64,000 nucleotides of DNA, from assembly GCF_963921235.1 (NCBI RefSeq), contig NC_086097.1, positions 27,778,001 through 27,842,000 on the forward strand, read 5' to 3'. This document shows positions 37,250 to 51,419 of the stretch, piece by piece (positions within the stretch are counted from its first letter, which is position 1; each line of letters opens with the position of its first letter). Under the pieces are notes generated by a model. The model had not been told where the DNA came from. It saw nothing but the letters and a program-made list of their open reading frames with translations, and did no database searches. Source of the stretch: Mobula hypostoma (Eukaryota). The position numbers and the translations under genes were made by a program.

Positions 37250-40200
37250 AAAGGTGGATAAATCCCCAGCGCCTGATGAGATGTAGCCTAGGTTGCTATG
37301 GGAGACTGCTAGAGCTCTGAGATTTAAAATTTTTAGATTTTTGCTAGCCACAAGTGAGGTGCCAGGTAGAGTCATAGGGTACTACAGCACAGAAACAGGC
37401 CCTTCGACCTATCTAAACCATGTAGAACTGTTATTGTTGATGCACCATAGCCCCCATACTCCTCCCATCCATATATTATCCAAACTTCTCTTAAATGTTA
37501 CAATTAAACCCACATCCACCACTTCCACTGATAGCTTGGTCAACCCTTGAGCCATACCCTGAGTGAAGAAATTCCCCATCAGATTCCCTATAAATAGAGT
37601 CATAGAACACTACAGTGAAGAAACAGGTCCTTTGGTCCATCTAGTCCATGCCAAACCAGTAATCTGCCCAGCCCCATCGACTAGTACCTAGGCCATAGCA
37701 CTCCATACCCCTCAATGACTACCAAATTTCTCTTCAATGTTGAAATCAAACCCACAACCATCAATTGTGCTGCCAGATAGATCCACACTCTCACCACCTT
37801 CTGAGTGAAGGTTTCTCCCTCATCTTCCCCTTAAACATTTCACCTTTCACCCATGACCTCCAGTTGTAGTCTCGTTCAACCTCAGTGGAAAAAGCTTGCT
37901 TGTATTTACCCTACTTATATCCCTAATAATACCTCAATCAAAAAATCTCCCCTCAATCTTCTACAAAGTGTACATTCTTGGGAATAAAGTCCTAACCTTT
38001 TCAACATTTTCCTATAACTCAGGTCATTAAGTCCTGACAAAATCCTTATAGATTTTCTCTGCACTCTTTGAATCTTATTTACATCTTTTCTTCGGAAGGT
38101 AACCAAAACTGTTCCCAGATTCCTGTTTTACCACACTCCTCAGTGCCCACCAGCTCACCATGTAAGACCTACCGTGGTTGGTCCTCCCAAATTGCAATTG
38201 CTCACACTCGTCTGCATTAAATTCCATCTGCCATTTCTCAGCCCATTTTTCCAGGTGGTCCAGATCTGCCACAAGCTTTGATAGTCTTCCTGGCTGACCA
38301 CTATACCCCCAATTTTGGCATCATCAACAAACTAGCCGATCCTGTTTACTACATTATCATCTAGGTTGTTAATATAGATAACAAACAACAATGGATCCAG
38401 CACCAATCACTGCGGCACACCACTAGTCATGGGCCTCCAGTCAGAGGCAACCATCTACTACCACTCTCATTTTCATGAATGGTAAGCGACTGAACCTTCT
38501 TGACCAACCCTCCATGTGGGAGCTTGTCAAAAGCATTGCTAAGGTCCATATAGACAACATCCACTGCCTGAACTTCATTAACTTTCCTGGTAACCTCCTT
38601 GAAAAAAACCTGCAAGACTGTTTAGACACCATACACAAAGCCATGTTGACTATCCCTAGTCAGCCACTGTCTATCAGTCAGCTTAAAATACCTTCCAATA
38701 ATTTTCCCACTACTGTTGTCAGACTCACTGGCCTAATTTCCTGGCTTATTCTTAGAGCCTTTCTTCACAATCAGAATCAGGCTTATTATCACCCACCAGG
38801 TTTCGTGAAATGTGTTAACTTAAGCAATGGGACATTGCTTAAAGTTTCCCTAAACATTCTATCCTTGCCTTTCATTCTAACAGGAACATACAAACTCTAT
38901 ACTATCAAAATTTCACTTTTGAAGGCCTCCCACTTAACAAGTACACCTGTGTCAGAAAACAGCCTCTCCCAATCCACACTTGTCCGATCCTTTCTGATAT
39001 CATCAAAATTGGCTTTTCTACAATTTAGAATCTCAATCCAAGGACTAGACCTATCCTTTTCCCTAATTTTCTTGAAACTAATGGCATTATGATCACTAGA
39101 TGCAAAGTGTTCCCCTACACCTGACCTGTGTCATTCCCTAACAGGAAATATAGTATCACACTCTCTCTAGTTAGCACTTCTATGTATTGGTTAAGGAAAC
39201 TATCCTGAACACATTTGACAAACTCTTTCCCATCCAGCCTCTTTATAGTTTGGGAGTCCCAGTCAATATGTGGAAAGTTAAATTCCCCTACTTTCACAAG
39301 CTTATGTTTCTTGCAACAGTCTGCAATCTCAAAAATGCCACAGATTGTTGGGTGGTCTATAATATAATCCCATTAACATGGTCATACCTTCTTATTCCTC
39401 AGCTCTACCCTTAAAATCTCCCTAAATAAGCTCTCCAGTTTGTCCTGTCTGGGCACTGCCGTGACATTTTCCCTGACTAGTAATTCCACCCCTCCATCTT
39501 TAATCCGTCCTGTTCTATCATGTCTAAAACAATGGAACCCTGGAGCTGCCAGTCCTGCCCCTCCTGCAACCAAGTCTCACTAATGGTTACAACGTCATAA
39601 TTCCACATGTTGCTCCATGCCCTCAGCTCATCCACCTTTCTTACAATACTCTTTGCACTGGAATATTCACAGCTCAGAACATTAGTCTCACCACGATTGT
39701 CTGATTCCTTCTGATTCCTGACCTTGTATGTAGCCTTAAGAACATTTTTCTCCACACCTGCTCCACTAACTGTTCTGGCACTCTGGTTCCCACCTCCCTG
39801 CAACTCTAGGCCTATTTTTAGCAAAGAATATTCTGCCTATTTATGAATAAATATTTCACCTTTCACCCTTAACCTATGACCTCTAGTTTTTGTCTCACTC
39901 AATCTCAGTCTGCTTGTATTTACCCTATGCCCCTCAATTTAGTATACCTCTATAGGATATCCCTTCATTTCCCTACATTCCAGGGAATAAAGACATAACC
40001 TTTTCAACCCTTCCCTTTTACTCAGGTCCTCAAGTCTTGGCAACACCTTGTAAATTTTCTCTGCATTCTTTATAGTTTCCCCATAGGCAAGTGACCAGAA
40101 CTGTACACATTCCTCTGAATTTGGCCTCACCAACGTGTTATACAAATTCAACATAACATCTCAACTCGTGTACCCAATACCTAGATTTATGAAGGCCATG

Positions 40201-40270
40201 TGCCAAAGGCTCTCTTTACCATCTTATCTACTCATGATACCACTTTCAAGGAATAATTGATCTGTATTCT
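37250..40270 (-). mobile_element. Fragmented, nested CR1 LINE copies in the last RPS6KA5 intron
   Basis: Remnants KWQMEFNADEC, VDVVYMDLSNAFDKLPH, FNFPHIDW and YDVVTISETWL. Confidence 0.8.
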
Positions 40271-40505
40271 CAGATCCCTTTGCTCTATCGATAACTCAGT
40301 ACTTTTATTCAAGGGGACAACATGGATGAACAGGTATTTACAAGTCTGTGAATGTAATGACCACGGCAGGGAGGTTATCTGAAAAAAAACAGACAGGACA
40401 TTTCTACACTTGAAAAATCATGGGTTATTCACAGATAGTCAGCATGGTTATACTATGGAAATATCTGTATGAACAATTTGAATTAATTCTTCAAAAAGGT
40501 AAAAA

Positions 40506-41059
40506 TACATTTAGTGGCCACAGCTGTATACCTGCTTGTTAATGCAAATATTTAATCTCCCAATCATGTGGCAACAATTCAATGCATAAAAGCATGCAGA
40601 CATGATCAAGGGGTTCAGTTGTTGTTCAGACCAAACATCGGAAAGGGGAAGAAATGTGATCTGAGTGCTCTTGACCAGGGAATGATTATTGATGCCAGAC
40701 AGATTGGTTTGAGTATCTCAGAAACTGATAATCTTCTGGGATTTTCACACAACAGACTCTAGTGTTGACAGAGAATGGTGTGAAAAACATTAAACATCCA
40801 GTGAGTTGAGGTTCTTGTGGGTGAAAATATCTTTTAATGAGAGGTCAGAGGAGAATGGTCTGACAGGTTCAAGCTGGTAGGAAGGCAACAGCAACTCAAA
40901 TAATCACATATTACAACAGCGGTGTGCAGAAGAGCAACTCTGAACGCACAACACATTGAACGTTGAAGTAGATAGCTACAGCATAAGAAGACCACAAACA
41001 TACACTCAGTGGCCACTATATTTGGTACAGGAGGCACCTAATATATATTACTGAGTGTA
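40506..41059 (+). mobile_element. Internally deleted Tc1-like element
   Basis: GKKCDLSALDQGMIIDARQIGLSISETDNLLGFS is a paired-like HTH N-terminus of a Tc1 transposase; degenerate CACTCAGTGGCCAC-type ends. Confidence 0.65.
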
Positions 41060-42504
41060 TATTGATGAGGGCAAGCTACTCTACACAGAATTCAGTATGG
41101 TATGTGACAAGGTTAGAAAATGGTCCAGAACATTAGAATTCAGGAGATCCAAAGTAAGTTTATAAACTGGATCCAAACTTGACTTGGCAACATGAGGCAG
41201 AGTACCATGATAAGAGGTGTCATATGATGGGACATACTGTTTATGTAAACATTCACAGTCTGGATATGAATGTAGGAGATATAAGTTGGCAAATGATACG
41301 AAAGTTTGTGGTCTTAGACTACAAGATAATATTGAAGAGTTGGTAAAATGGGCAGATGGAAGCTAAATGTGAAATGTGCAAGGTGAGGCATTATGACATC
41401 ATCCTAACCCTAAACTTTGGGAGGACCAACAGTGAATTCAAGGTACAGTTCTAGTAAACATTGAGAAAAAGGAACCTGGATGTAAAGGTTCAAGGCTCCT
41501 GAAGATGGCAGCACAAGTAGATCAGACAGTGAAAAAGGCATATAGGATACTTGCCTTCATAAGAAATTCAGAATCAGGTTTATTATTACTGTCTTACATG
41601 CTGTAAAATCTGTTATGTCGTGGCAGCAATACAGTGCAAGACACAAAATTATGATAAATTACAAAATAATTAGAGCAAAAAGAAAGGAATAATGTGGCAG
41701 TTTTCACGAATCATTCAGAAATCTAATGGTCAAAATTAAAGTAAATTTATTAGCAAAGTACATACATGTTCCTATATACTACCTTGAGATTCATTTTTTA
41801 GCAGGTATTTACAAGAAAATAAAAAAATAAAGATGGTGGAAGAGAAGGAGCTTTTTTTGAATCAGTCTTCAGGTTTCTGTACCTCCTCCCTGATGGTACT
41901 AATAAGATTATTATACAAGTTTAGCTGGAGTACTGTGTCCAGTTCTGGCTACCATGGTATCGGAAACGTGATTGCACTGGAGAGGGTGCTGAGGAGATCC
42001 ACCAAGATGTTACCTGGGTTCAGTTATGAGGAGAAACTGTGTTTGTTTTCCTTAAAGAGGAGGAAACCAATATAGGGAGTAAAAGAGGTATACAAAATTA
42101 TGAGGTCCATAGATAAGGTAGCAGGACATACTTCTCCACAGGTACAGTGCCTGAACTCAGGTGATGTAGCTTTATAGTAATGGAGAAGAGGTACAGAGGA
42201 GATCCAAGGAGGACTTTTCTCCTCTCTAGAATTCACTGTCTGAGGGGGAGGTGAAGGCAAGGACTCTCACTAACTTTTAATAACCATCTTGGACTGCCCA
42301 GGCAAAGGTGGTTTCATACTAAATGCTGGTAAATTGGATTACTGAGGATGGAGGCTAGGCATAGATATATGGGGAGGACTGATGGGTGTGTTTCTGTGCT
42401 TTATGACTCCATGAGTAGACACTGAGAACCTAGACTGGGGCATGGGTGTGAGGGGATGCAGTTAGCATAGAGATGGTGGCAGTGGAGAAAGGCAGGATTA
42501 ATCA

Positions 42505-43425
42505 AGGATGTTCCCTTAGAACAGGGATGAGAATCGTCCGCCACCTTCAACATGATCTTTAGACCAAACACAACTTAACCTCCTTCCCAACTACCCCCCC
42601 ATCACCCACTCTTTGCAGGGATTTCACAGGGAATGGACCAGTGTTTCCCTGGTCCATTCATCCCTCCCAGCACTTAGCCCTGTAAGCAGAAAAAGTGCCT
42701 CATCTGCTCATTAACCTTCCCTCTCACCTCCATTCAGGGCCCCTAACAGTCCTTCCAGGTGAGGCAACACTTCATCTGAGTCTGTTGGGATAATCTACTG
42801 TATCCAGTGTCCCGATGCAGCCTCTTCTGCATCGGAGATACCTGACACAGACTGTGGCACCACTTTGTCGAGCACCTATGCTTGTCTGCAGCAAGCAGGA
42901 TTCTCGTTGGCCAGTTCCATTTCCATTCTGACATGTTGGTCCATGGCCTCCTCTACTGTCACAATAAAGCCATTCTCAGGTTGTCTCCAACTTGAAGACA
43001 TGCAAATCAACTTCCCTAACTTCTATTTAACTTTACTTGCTCCTCCACCCCTCATCTTCCATTCCTCACTCTGAATCCCCTCTCATCTCTTCTCTTCACG
43101 CCGTCACATCCCTCTGGTGTGCCTCCTCCCCTTTCTTCCATAGACCACATTTCTCTCCCATCAGATTCCTTCTTGAGCCCTTTACCTTTTCCACCTATCG
43201 CCTCCCAGCTTTTCACTTCATCTCCCCTCCACCACCTACCTACTTTCCCTCTCACCTAGCTTCACCCATCACCCTCCAGTTGGTACTCCTTCCCCTCCTC
43301 CTACCTTTTATTCTGGATTCTTCTCCCTTCTTTTCCAGTCCTTATGAAGATTCTCGGCTCAAAACGTTGAATGTTTGTTCTTTTCAATAGATGCTGCCTG
43401 ACCCTGAGTTCCTCCACCATTTTGT
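42505..43425 (+). mobile_element. Penelope-like element 3' remnant: GIY-YIG endonuclease plus pLTR
   Basis: Frameshifted reading QSFQVRQHF..SVGIIYCIQC.RCSLFCIGDT.HRL.HHFVEHL at ~42745-42880; pyrimidine-rich 3' region; CAGTCCTTATGAAGATTCTCGGCTCAAAACGTTGA hammerhead remnant at ~43336-43372. Confidence 0.72.
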
Positions 43426-43577
43426 ACATGTTACTGAGGAGGAATTTCTTTAGCCAGTGGGTAGTGAATCTGTGGAATTCATTGCCACAAACAGCTGTGG
43501 AGACCCTAGTCATTGAAAGTATTTGAAGCAGAGGCTGATAGGCTCTTGATTAGTCAGGGTGTCAAAGGTTATGGACA

Positions 43578-46500
43578 GATCACCGCCATATCCAGCGGGA
43601 AGCTGTATGAGAGGGTGCAGAGTGATAGGGCTTAGGTGGAAACGGGAAGAAGCTTCCTGCGACCATTGAGTCTCATAGTAAAGGGGTAGGTTACAGGTTT
43701 ATTTATTTAGTAATAACAGTAGCATTAGAGGTATGCATCTAGGATTAGTGTTGTGCTTGGAGTGCCAGATGTGGGGACCCTGGGAGACTCCCAGCTTCCC
43801 CAAGGATTACATCTGCACCAGGTGCATTGAGATGAGGCTCCTTAAGGACTGTGTTAGGGATCTGGAGCTGCAACTTGATGACCTCCAGCTAATTAGCGAA
43901 AGTGAGGAGGTGATTGATAGTACCTATGGAGATATAGTGGACAGCACCCCTGTGACAGTCCACCTCAGAAATCGATATATCATTTTAGATACTGTTGGAG
44001 AGGTTGATCTGACAGAGGAAGACCACAGCAAACGGGACTCTGGCACTCTGCCCAGTGCCGTGATCAAGACAGCAAGGAGAAATGCAGTAGTTATAGGGGA
44101 TTCCATAATGAGGGGAACAGAGAAGAGATTCTGCGAGCTGGACAAGAATACCCGGATGGAGTGTTGCCTTCCTGGTGCCAGGGTATGGGATGTCTCAGAT
44201 AGGGTCCAGAGTATTCTGAGGAGAGAGAGCGAGCAGCCAGAAGTCTTGGTACATGTTGGTACCAATGACATAGACAGAAAAAGAGAGGAGGTCCTGAAGG
44301 AAGATTACTGGGAGCTAGGAAGAAAATTGAAAAGCCGTACTTACAGAGTAATAATCTCAGGATTACTGCCTGAGCCACGCGCTAATGAAGGTAAAAATAG
44401 CAGAATTAAGCAGATGACTGTGTGGCTAAGTAACTGGTGCAGGGGGCAGGGCTTCAAATTCTTGGATCATTGGTTTCTATTTTAGGGGAGGTACGACTTA
44501 TACAAAAACGATGGGTTACACCTGAACTCAAAGGGTACTAATATCCTGGCAGGATTGTTTAATATAACTGTCAGGGAGGGTTTAAACTAAGTTGGCAGGG
44601 GGAAGAAAACCAGGGTGTTAGGGTCAAGGAAAAGGAAAATAGAAATAAGTCAAAGATACTGTGCAGCAAAGATGGCAAGAAGGACAGGCAGGTGAATAGA
44701 CAGGATAATTTGCTGTGCAATAGAAATATAGCAAAATCGGTAACAGATACTGATCTAAATGTACTGTACTTAAATGCACGCAGCATTAGAAATAAAGTGG
44801 ATGACCCTGTTGTACAGCTACAGGTTAAAAGATATGACATTGTGGCCATCACCGAGTCATGGCTAAATGATGGATGTGATTGGGAACTGAATGTCCAAGG
44901 ATACACAGTGTATAGGAAAGATAGGAAGGTAGGTATAGCGGGTAGCATGGCCCTGATGGTAAGCAACGATATCAAATCAATAGAAAGAAGGGACATAGGA
45001 TCAGAAGAGGTAGAATCCTTATGGGTCAAGTTAAGAAATGGCAAGGGTAACAAGACACTAATAGCAATTATATACAGGCCTCCAAACAGCAGCTGGGATG
45101 TGGACTACAAGTTACAGCTGGAAATAGAAAAAGCATGTCAGAAGGAAAACGTCAAGATAATTATGGGGAATTTTAATATGAAAGTGGATTGGGGAAGTCA
45201 GGAAGGTACTGGATCTCAGGAGAGGGAGTTTATAGAATGCCTACGGGATGGCTTTTTGGAGCAGTTTGTCCATAAGCCCACCAGGGGGTCAGCTGCTTTG
45301 GACTGGGTGCTGTGTAATGAACCTGAGGCGATTAGGGAGCTGGAGGTAAAGGAACCCCTTGGAAGTAGTGATCATAATATGATTGAGTTCAGTTTCAAAT
45401 TTGAAAGGGAGAAGCTGGTATCAGCTGTATCGATATTTCAGTGGAACAAAGGAAATTACAGTGGTATGAGAAAGGAACTGGCTCAAGTAGATTGGAAAAG
45501 TAAGCTAGATGGAGGGATGGTAGAACAGAATTGGATGAAATTCCTTTAAGAAATAAGTGCAAGAAAAATATATTCCAAGAAAAAAGAAAATCATGAATGG
45601 AAAAATGGCACAAATGTGGCTAACAAGAGAGGTTAAGGCTAAAAGCAAAAGAGACGATGTACAAGGAAGCAAAAATTAGTGGGAAAACTGAGGACTGGAC
45701 GGCTTTTAAAAACTTACAGAAGGAAACTAAGAAAGTCATTAGAAAAGAAAAGATGAATTATGAAAGGAAGTTGGCAATTAACATTAAAAAGGATACTAAG
45801 AGTTTTTTTTAAATATTTGAAGAGTAAAAGAGTGACACGGGTAAATATAGGACCGATTGAAAATGATGCTGGAGAAATTATAATGGGTAACAAAGAGATG
45901 TCGGAGGAACTGAATGAGTACTTTGCATCAGTCTTCACAGTGGAAGACATGAGCAATATACCTGATAGCCAGAGGTCTCGGGGAATAGAATTAGGTACAG
46001 TCAAGATTACTAGAAAAAAGTGCTTGGGAAGTTAAATGGACTAAGAATAGGTAAGTCTCCCGGACCGGATGAGGTGCACCCAGGGGTTCTGAAGGAGGTG
46101 GCTTTGGAGATTGTGGAGGCATTGGAAATGATCTTCCAGGAATCAATAGACTCTGGCATGGTTCCAGAGGACTGGAAGGTCGCAAATGTAGTTCCGCTGT
46201 TTAAGAAAGGAGGGAGGCAGCAAAAAGAAAATTACAGACCTATTAGTCTGACATCAATAGTTGGAAGGTTATTGGAGTCGATCCTCAAGGACGAGGTTAT
46301 GAAATACCTTGAGGTGTGTGACAAGATAGGCCCAAGACAGCATAGTTTCATGAAGGGAAGATCCTGCCTCACCAACCTATTGGAATTTTTTTGAGGTAAT
46401 CTCAAGTAAGATTGATAAGGGAGAGGCTGTGGATGTTGTGTATTTGGATTTTCAAAAGGCCTTTGATAAGGTGCCACATAAGAGGCTGCTTAATAAGATG

Positions 46501-47632
46501 AGAGCCCATGGAATTACAGGAAAGATATTGGAATGGGTGGAGCATTGGCTGATAGGCAGAAAGCAAAGGGTGGGAATAAAGGGATCCTATTCTGATTGGT
46601 TGCCGGTTACCAGTGGTGTTCTGCAGGGGTCGGTGTTGGGGCCTCTTCTTTTTACAATGTATGTTGATGATTTAGATTATGGATTAAATGGTTTTGTGGC
46701 TAAGTTTGTAGATGACACCAAGATAGGTGGAGGAGCAGGAAGTGTTGAAGAAACGAAAAGGTTGCAGAGAACTCGGTCAGTATAGGAGAATGGGCAAAGA
46801 AATGGCAGATGAGATACAATGTTGAGAAATGCATGGTTGTACATTTTGGAAGAAAAAATAATTGGGCAGATTATTATTTAGATGGAGAGAAAATTCAAAA
46901 ATCGGAAGTGCAAAGGGACTTGGGGGTCCTCGGGCAGGATACCCTAAAGGTTAACCACCAGGTTGGACCGGCAGTAAGGAAAGGGAATGCTATGTTGGCA
47001 TTCATTTCAAGAGGAATAGTGTATAAGAGTAAGGAGGTGTTGATGAGGCTCTATGGGGCACTGGTGAGACCTCATTTGGAATACTGTGTGCAGTTTTGGG
47101 CCCCCTATCTTAGAAGGGATGTTCTGATGTTGGACAGAGTTCAGAGAAGACTTACGAGGATGATTCCTGGAATGCAGGGGCTAACATATGAGGAGTGTTT
47201 GTCGGCTCTTGGACTGTTTTTATTAGAGTAGAGAAGAATGAGAGGGGATCTCATAGAAACATTTCGAATATTGGAAGGGTTGGACAGAGTAAATGTGTAA
47301 AGGCTGTTTCTCTTATTCGGTGAGTCCAGGACAAGAGGCCACAGTCTTAGAACTAGAGGGTACCCATTTAAAACAGATATGAGGAGAATTTTTTTAGCCA
47401 GAGGGTCATGGATTTATGGAATTCATTGCCACATACAGCGGTGGAGGCCCGATCATTGAGGGTGTTTAGGGAGGAGATTGATAGGTATCTAATTAGTCAG
47501 GGTATCAAAGGATATGGGGAAAAAGCCAGAAACTGGAACTAGATGGGAGAATAGTTTAGCTCATGGTGGAGTGGCGGAGCACACTTGATGGATCAAATGG
47601 CCTACTTCTGCTTCTTTGTCTTGTGATCTTGT
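43578..47632 (+). mobile_element. Near full-length CR1 LINE (zinc-finger/coiled-coil/SGNH ORF1, ORF2), inactivated, nested in an older CR1 3' end
   Basis: ORF1 CLECQMW..YICTRC..VIGDS..VHVGTND (43733-44485); APE 44692-45549; RT fragments to ~47540; TCTTGTG tail. Confidence 0.93.
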
Positions 47633-48213
47633 GAAGACAGGATAAAGGGGTTGAGAGCAAAAATAAATAAGTTATGATTGAATGGCAGAACAGATATGAT
47701 GGGCTGAATGGCCTAATTCTACTTCTATGGCTTATGGTCTAATCTACACTTGGAAAGGCAGTCCCATGCAGGGTCCCAAAACATTGACTGTCCATTTTGC
47801 TCCATGGAAGTTCTGCTGAGAGCTCCAGATTCCAGTATTTGCAGTCTCGTGTCTCCAGTGATTACTCAAAGATAGTCAATGTTGCTCTGTTACAGGGATA
47901 CACTGTCTCATCAATATGATTGAATTTTAAAGCTTAAGCATCTAAGAGCATGCCTGCTATAGAAGGGCTGAGGAAATCATGGATTCACATGATACTAAAA
48001 TTGCCAAATGCAGATTTTGGGGTTGAAAGAGATCACAGAAATATAGCGGGGTGCAGGAATTTGAACAAAGGCATTGCAGTTTTAAAACTGACCTGAAGAC
48101 TTCCACTTGTTTCAACAGAGTCAAATTTCATATCCTATTGCTGTCTTGGGAGATTCATTTTTGTAAAAGGCATCATGTAAATGTAAATGTAGTTTGTAGC
48201 AGCCAAAGAACTA

Positions 48214-48480
<267 letters not shown>

Positions 48481-48838
48481 TTACAGAGAATGGTTGGTGC
48501 CTGGAATATTCTGCTGGGATGGTCATGAAGGCAGACATGATAGTGCAGTTTAAGAGGCTCATAGGTAAGCTCATGAACATGCAGAGAATGGACCATGTGC
48601 AGGCAAAAAGGATTAAGTTTCATTAATTATCATTACCTGAATTAGTTTGGCACAACATCATGGGCTGAAGAGTCCTTTCCTGTGCTCCTGATTCCAGGAT
48701 CTGCACTTTTATGTCTGTTTATAAATTTATGGCCCCAAATCCACCCTTTCCTTCTGCTGGAGGGACTCTTTCCTCAGATAATCATCCCCTATTGCAGGAT
48801 TTTTTTGTTACAAATAAATAAGGGATAAACTGTGATTA

Positions 48839-50375
48839 CAGGTGTCCCCCGCTTTTCAAACATTCGCTTTATGAGTCCTCGCTGTTACAAAAGACCTACA
48901 TTAGTTATCTGTTTTCGCTAACAGAAGGTGTTTTCACTGTTACGAAAAAAGCAGCACGCGATAAAAGGCAGCACGCGCTCCAAGCAGCCAAGCTCCTCCG
49001 CCGGAACTGCATTCTAGCCAGCATTGCTTAAACACGTGCCTGTGAGCAGTCGTTAGCAAGATGAGTTCTAAGGTATCGGAAAAGCCTAAAAGAGCTTGTA
49101 AGGCTGTTACACTTAGCGTAAAACTAGACATAATTAAGCGTTTCGATCGTGGTGAATGAAGTAAGGACAAAGTGAGTTTGGCTTGTGGAAGTTGACGAAG
49201 ATGATGTTGAAGAGGTTTTGGCATCCCATGTCCAAGAACTGATAGATGAAGAGCTGATGCAATTGGAAGAGGAAAGGATAACAACTGAAACCGAATGCAG
49301 TGAAGTCGTCCAGGAACTAAACGTGAAGCAACGGCGTGAGATGATAGAAAAATGCGCGAGGATAAGCAGTCAAGCATACTATCGTTTTTCAAGCTTTCCA
49401 CATCAGCCACAGCAGACGCCGAACCTCGACATCGAGGCAGGCAGACATAGAAGAAGATGACCTGCCTGCCCTGATGGAAACAGATGACGACGAGATGACA
49501 CCCTAGTGTCCCACCACCCCAACCCCCCGGCCGCGGACTGATACATTGCCGCAGAGAATGCAGCGGTAGCTGGGACGCACCCAGCACATCTTTTAGAAAA
49601 AAGCCGAAATAAACAAGTTAATTAATTAGGTGCTGCCTGGCACATAAATGTCGGCCCAGATCAGAGGCGATTGCCGATTGCGTCACCTTTGATCTGGGCC
49701 GACATTTACGTGCCGGGTGGCACCTAATTAATTAGCTTGTTTATTTTGACTTTTTTCTTAAAGATGTGCTGAGTGTGTCCTGGCTACCGCTGTACCGCTG
49801 CATTCTTCACGGATCGGTATCTGTTGGCGGCCTGGAGGTTGGTGTCCACCGCACCACCCCACCCCACCCTCCGACGACTCAGCCTAACACATCATCATCA
49901 GTGTGCTCGGCGCTGTCTTTCCAATTCCAGTAAGTGATACTACACTGTACACACATTATTTCTACTTTATATAGTCTGTGTATTTTTATGTGTTACTTGG
50001 TATGATTTGGCAGTTTCATAGCTTAAAGGTTACTGGAGAGAGTGTTTTTGCTGAGAGCACTTGCACCGTGTTTCTGCCAAGAGCGCTTGCGTGAGATTTT
50101 CACTACAGAGAACAGCGCGGCAATGATTGTAGAGTAGTATTTCTACTTTATATAGGCTATGTATTCATCATATCATTCCTGCTTTTACTATATGTTACTA
50201 TTATTTTGGGTTTTATGTGTTATTTGGCATGATTTGGTAGGTTATTTTTAGGTTTGCGAACGCTCACAAATTTTTCCCATAGAAATTAATGGTAATTGCT
50301 TCTTCACTTTACGACATTCCGGCTTACAAACCGTTTCATAGGAACGCTCTACCTTCGGATGGCGAGGGAAACCTG
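48839..50375 (+). mobile_element. Tigger/pogo internal-deletion derivative with TIRs and TA TSD
   Basis: TA|CAGGTGTCCCCCGC...GCGAGGGAAACCTG|TA. Remnant MSSKVSEKPKRACKAVTLSVKLDIIKRFDRGE (CENP-B-type HTH) abuts the acidic C-terminus EVDEDDVEEVLASH..EELMQLEEE with no DDD domain between. Confidence 0.85.
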
Positions 50376-50679
50376 TACTGTAAATTTGATTTAAACACAG
50401 AAACTACTGGCAGGAGTCATCAGATCCCACTCAGCATCTGGTGACAGAAGCAGTAGGGAAGGTGTTTGAGGTGTTGGACTGCTTTTCTTTCCCAATGCTG
50501 GTTATGCAGAGATTTAGGATATTTTTAAAGTCAAACATCACAGAAATGAGCCCTTTAGCCGAATTGGTCCATGCAACCAAAATTCCCATCTAAACCAGTC
50601 CCAATAGCCCATATTTGTTCCATATCCATCCATACCTCTACTTTCCATTTACCTGTCCAAGTACTTTTCATATGTTGTT

Positions 50680-51175
50680 AACGTATAAAAGTCTTGGGTA
50701 CATATATATAGCCAGGGTGCCTAAGATTTCTGCACAGTACTGTAGTAATTTTACGTACTGTTTAACTGTTGCCACAAAAAATATACAAATTTCATGACAT
50801 ATGTAAGTGATGATAACCTTGATTCTGATATTGGTCATTTTGTGAACTGAGAATGGGAAGGGGGAAGGGGGAAGGGAGAGGGAAATCATGTTTGAGGAAG
50901 GGGGAAGGTTGCGAGGGGAGCACCAGAGAGACATTCTGTAATGATCAATAAATTAGCTGTTTGGAACAAAATGACCTTGCTTGGTGTCTGCACCCGCACC
51001 ACCTCTCTCCTCGCCCCTGGCGCTCTTGCGGTGCTCCATCCTCACCATTCCCAACACTGCTTGCTCACAAAAGATTTACAAACTCATTCTTTACTTCACG
51101 AATGACAAACACAGTACTATGCAAAAGTCTTAGGCACCCTATGTAAATATGTAAAGACTTTTTCCAGAGTACTGT
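50680..51175. mobile_element. Two tiny Tc1-type hairpin MITE remnants (~50680-50743, ~51112-51175)
   Basis: CAGTACT(A/G)TGCAAAAGTCTTAGGCAC-type ends in inverted orientation around short AT-rich spacers. Confidence 0.5.
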
Positions 51176-51419
51176 ACCTACCTTAACCACATCCTTTGGC
51201 AAGTCACTCCATAAACTGTCTATTCTCTAGGAGAAAATACTGCCCCTCAGATTCCTACTAAATCTCTCTATCACCTTCTAGTTGTTGATTCCCCAATCTT
51301 GAGAAAAGAACAGTGCGCATTGCTCCATCTATGTGCCATATGATTTTATACACCTCTGTAAGATCACTCCTCATTCCCCTACACTCCACTAAATAAAGAA
51401 TTGATATTGGTATCAGTAT

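Noticed and set aside
43733..44485. GDSL/SGNH esterase ORF as a host or captured gene (also ~10100, ~51700, ~59830)
   Set aside because: This is the standard CR1 ORF1 esterase domain, directly upstream of APE/RT ORF2.
49060..49460. Domesticated TIGD/CENP-B-like gene
   Set aside because: There is an in-frame stop after the HTH start, the catalytic domain is deleted, TIRs and TSD are present, and a second copy lies nearby.
48940..49587. 215-aa minus-strand ORF and similar mid-size ORFs such as 38475-39092 and 2262-2792
   Set aside because: They are antisense shadows of Tigger or CR1 remnants with no recognisable domain or splice structure.
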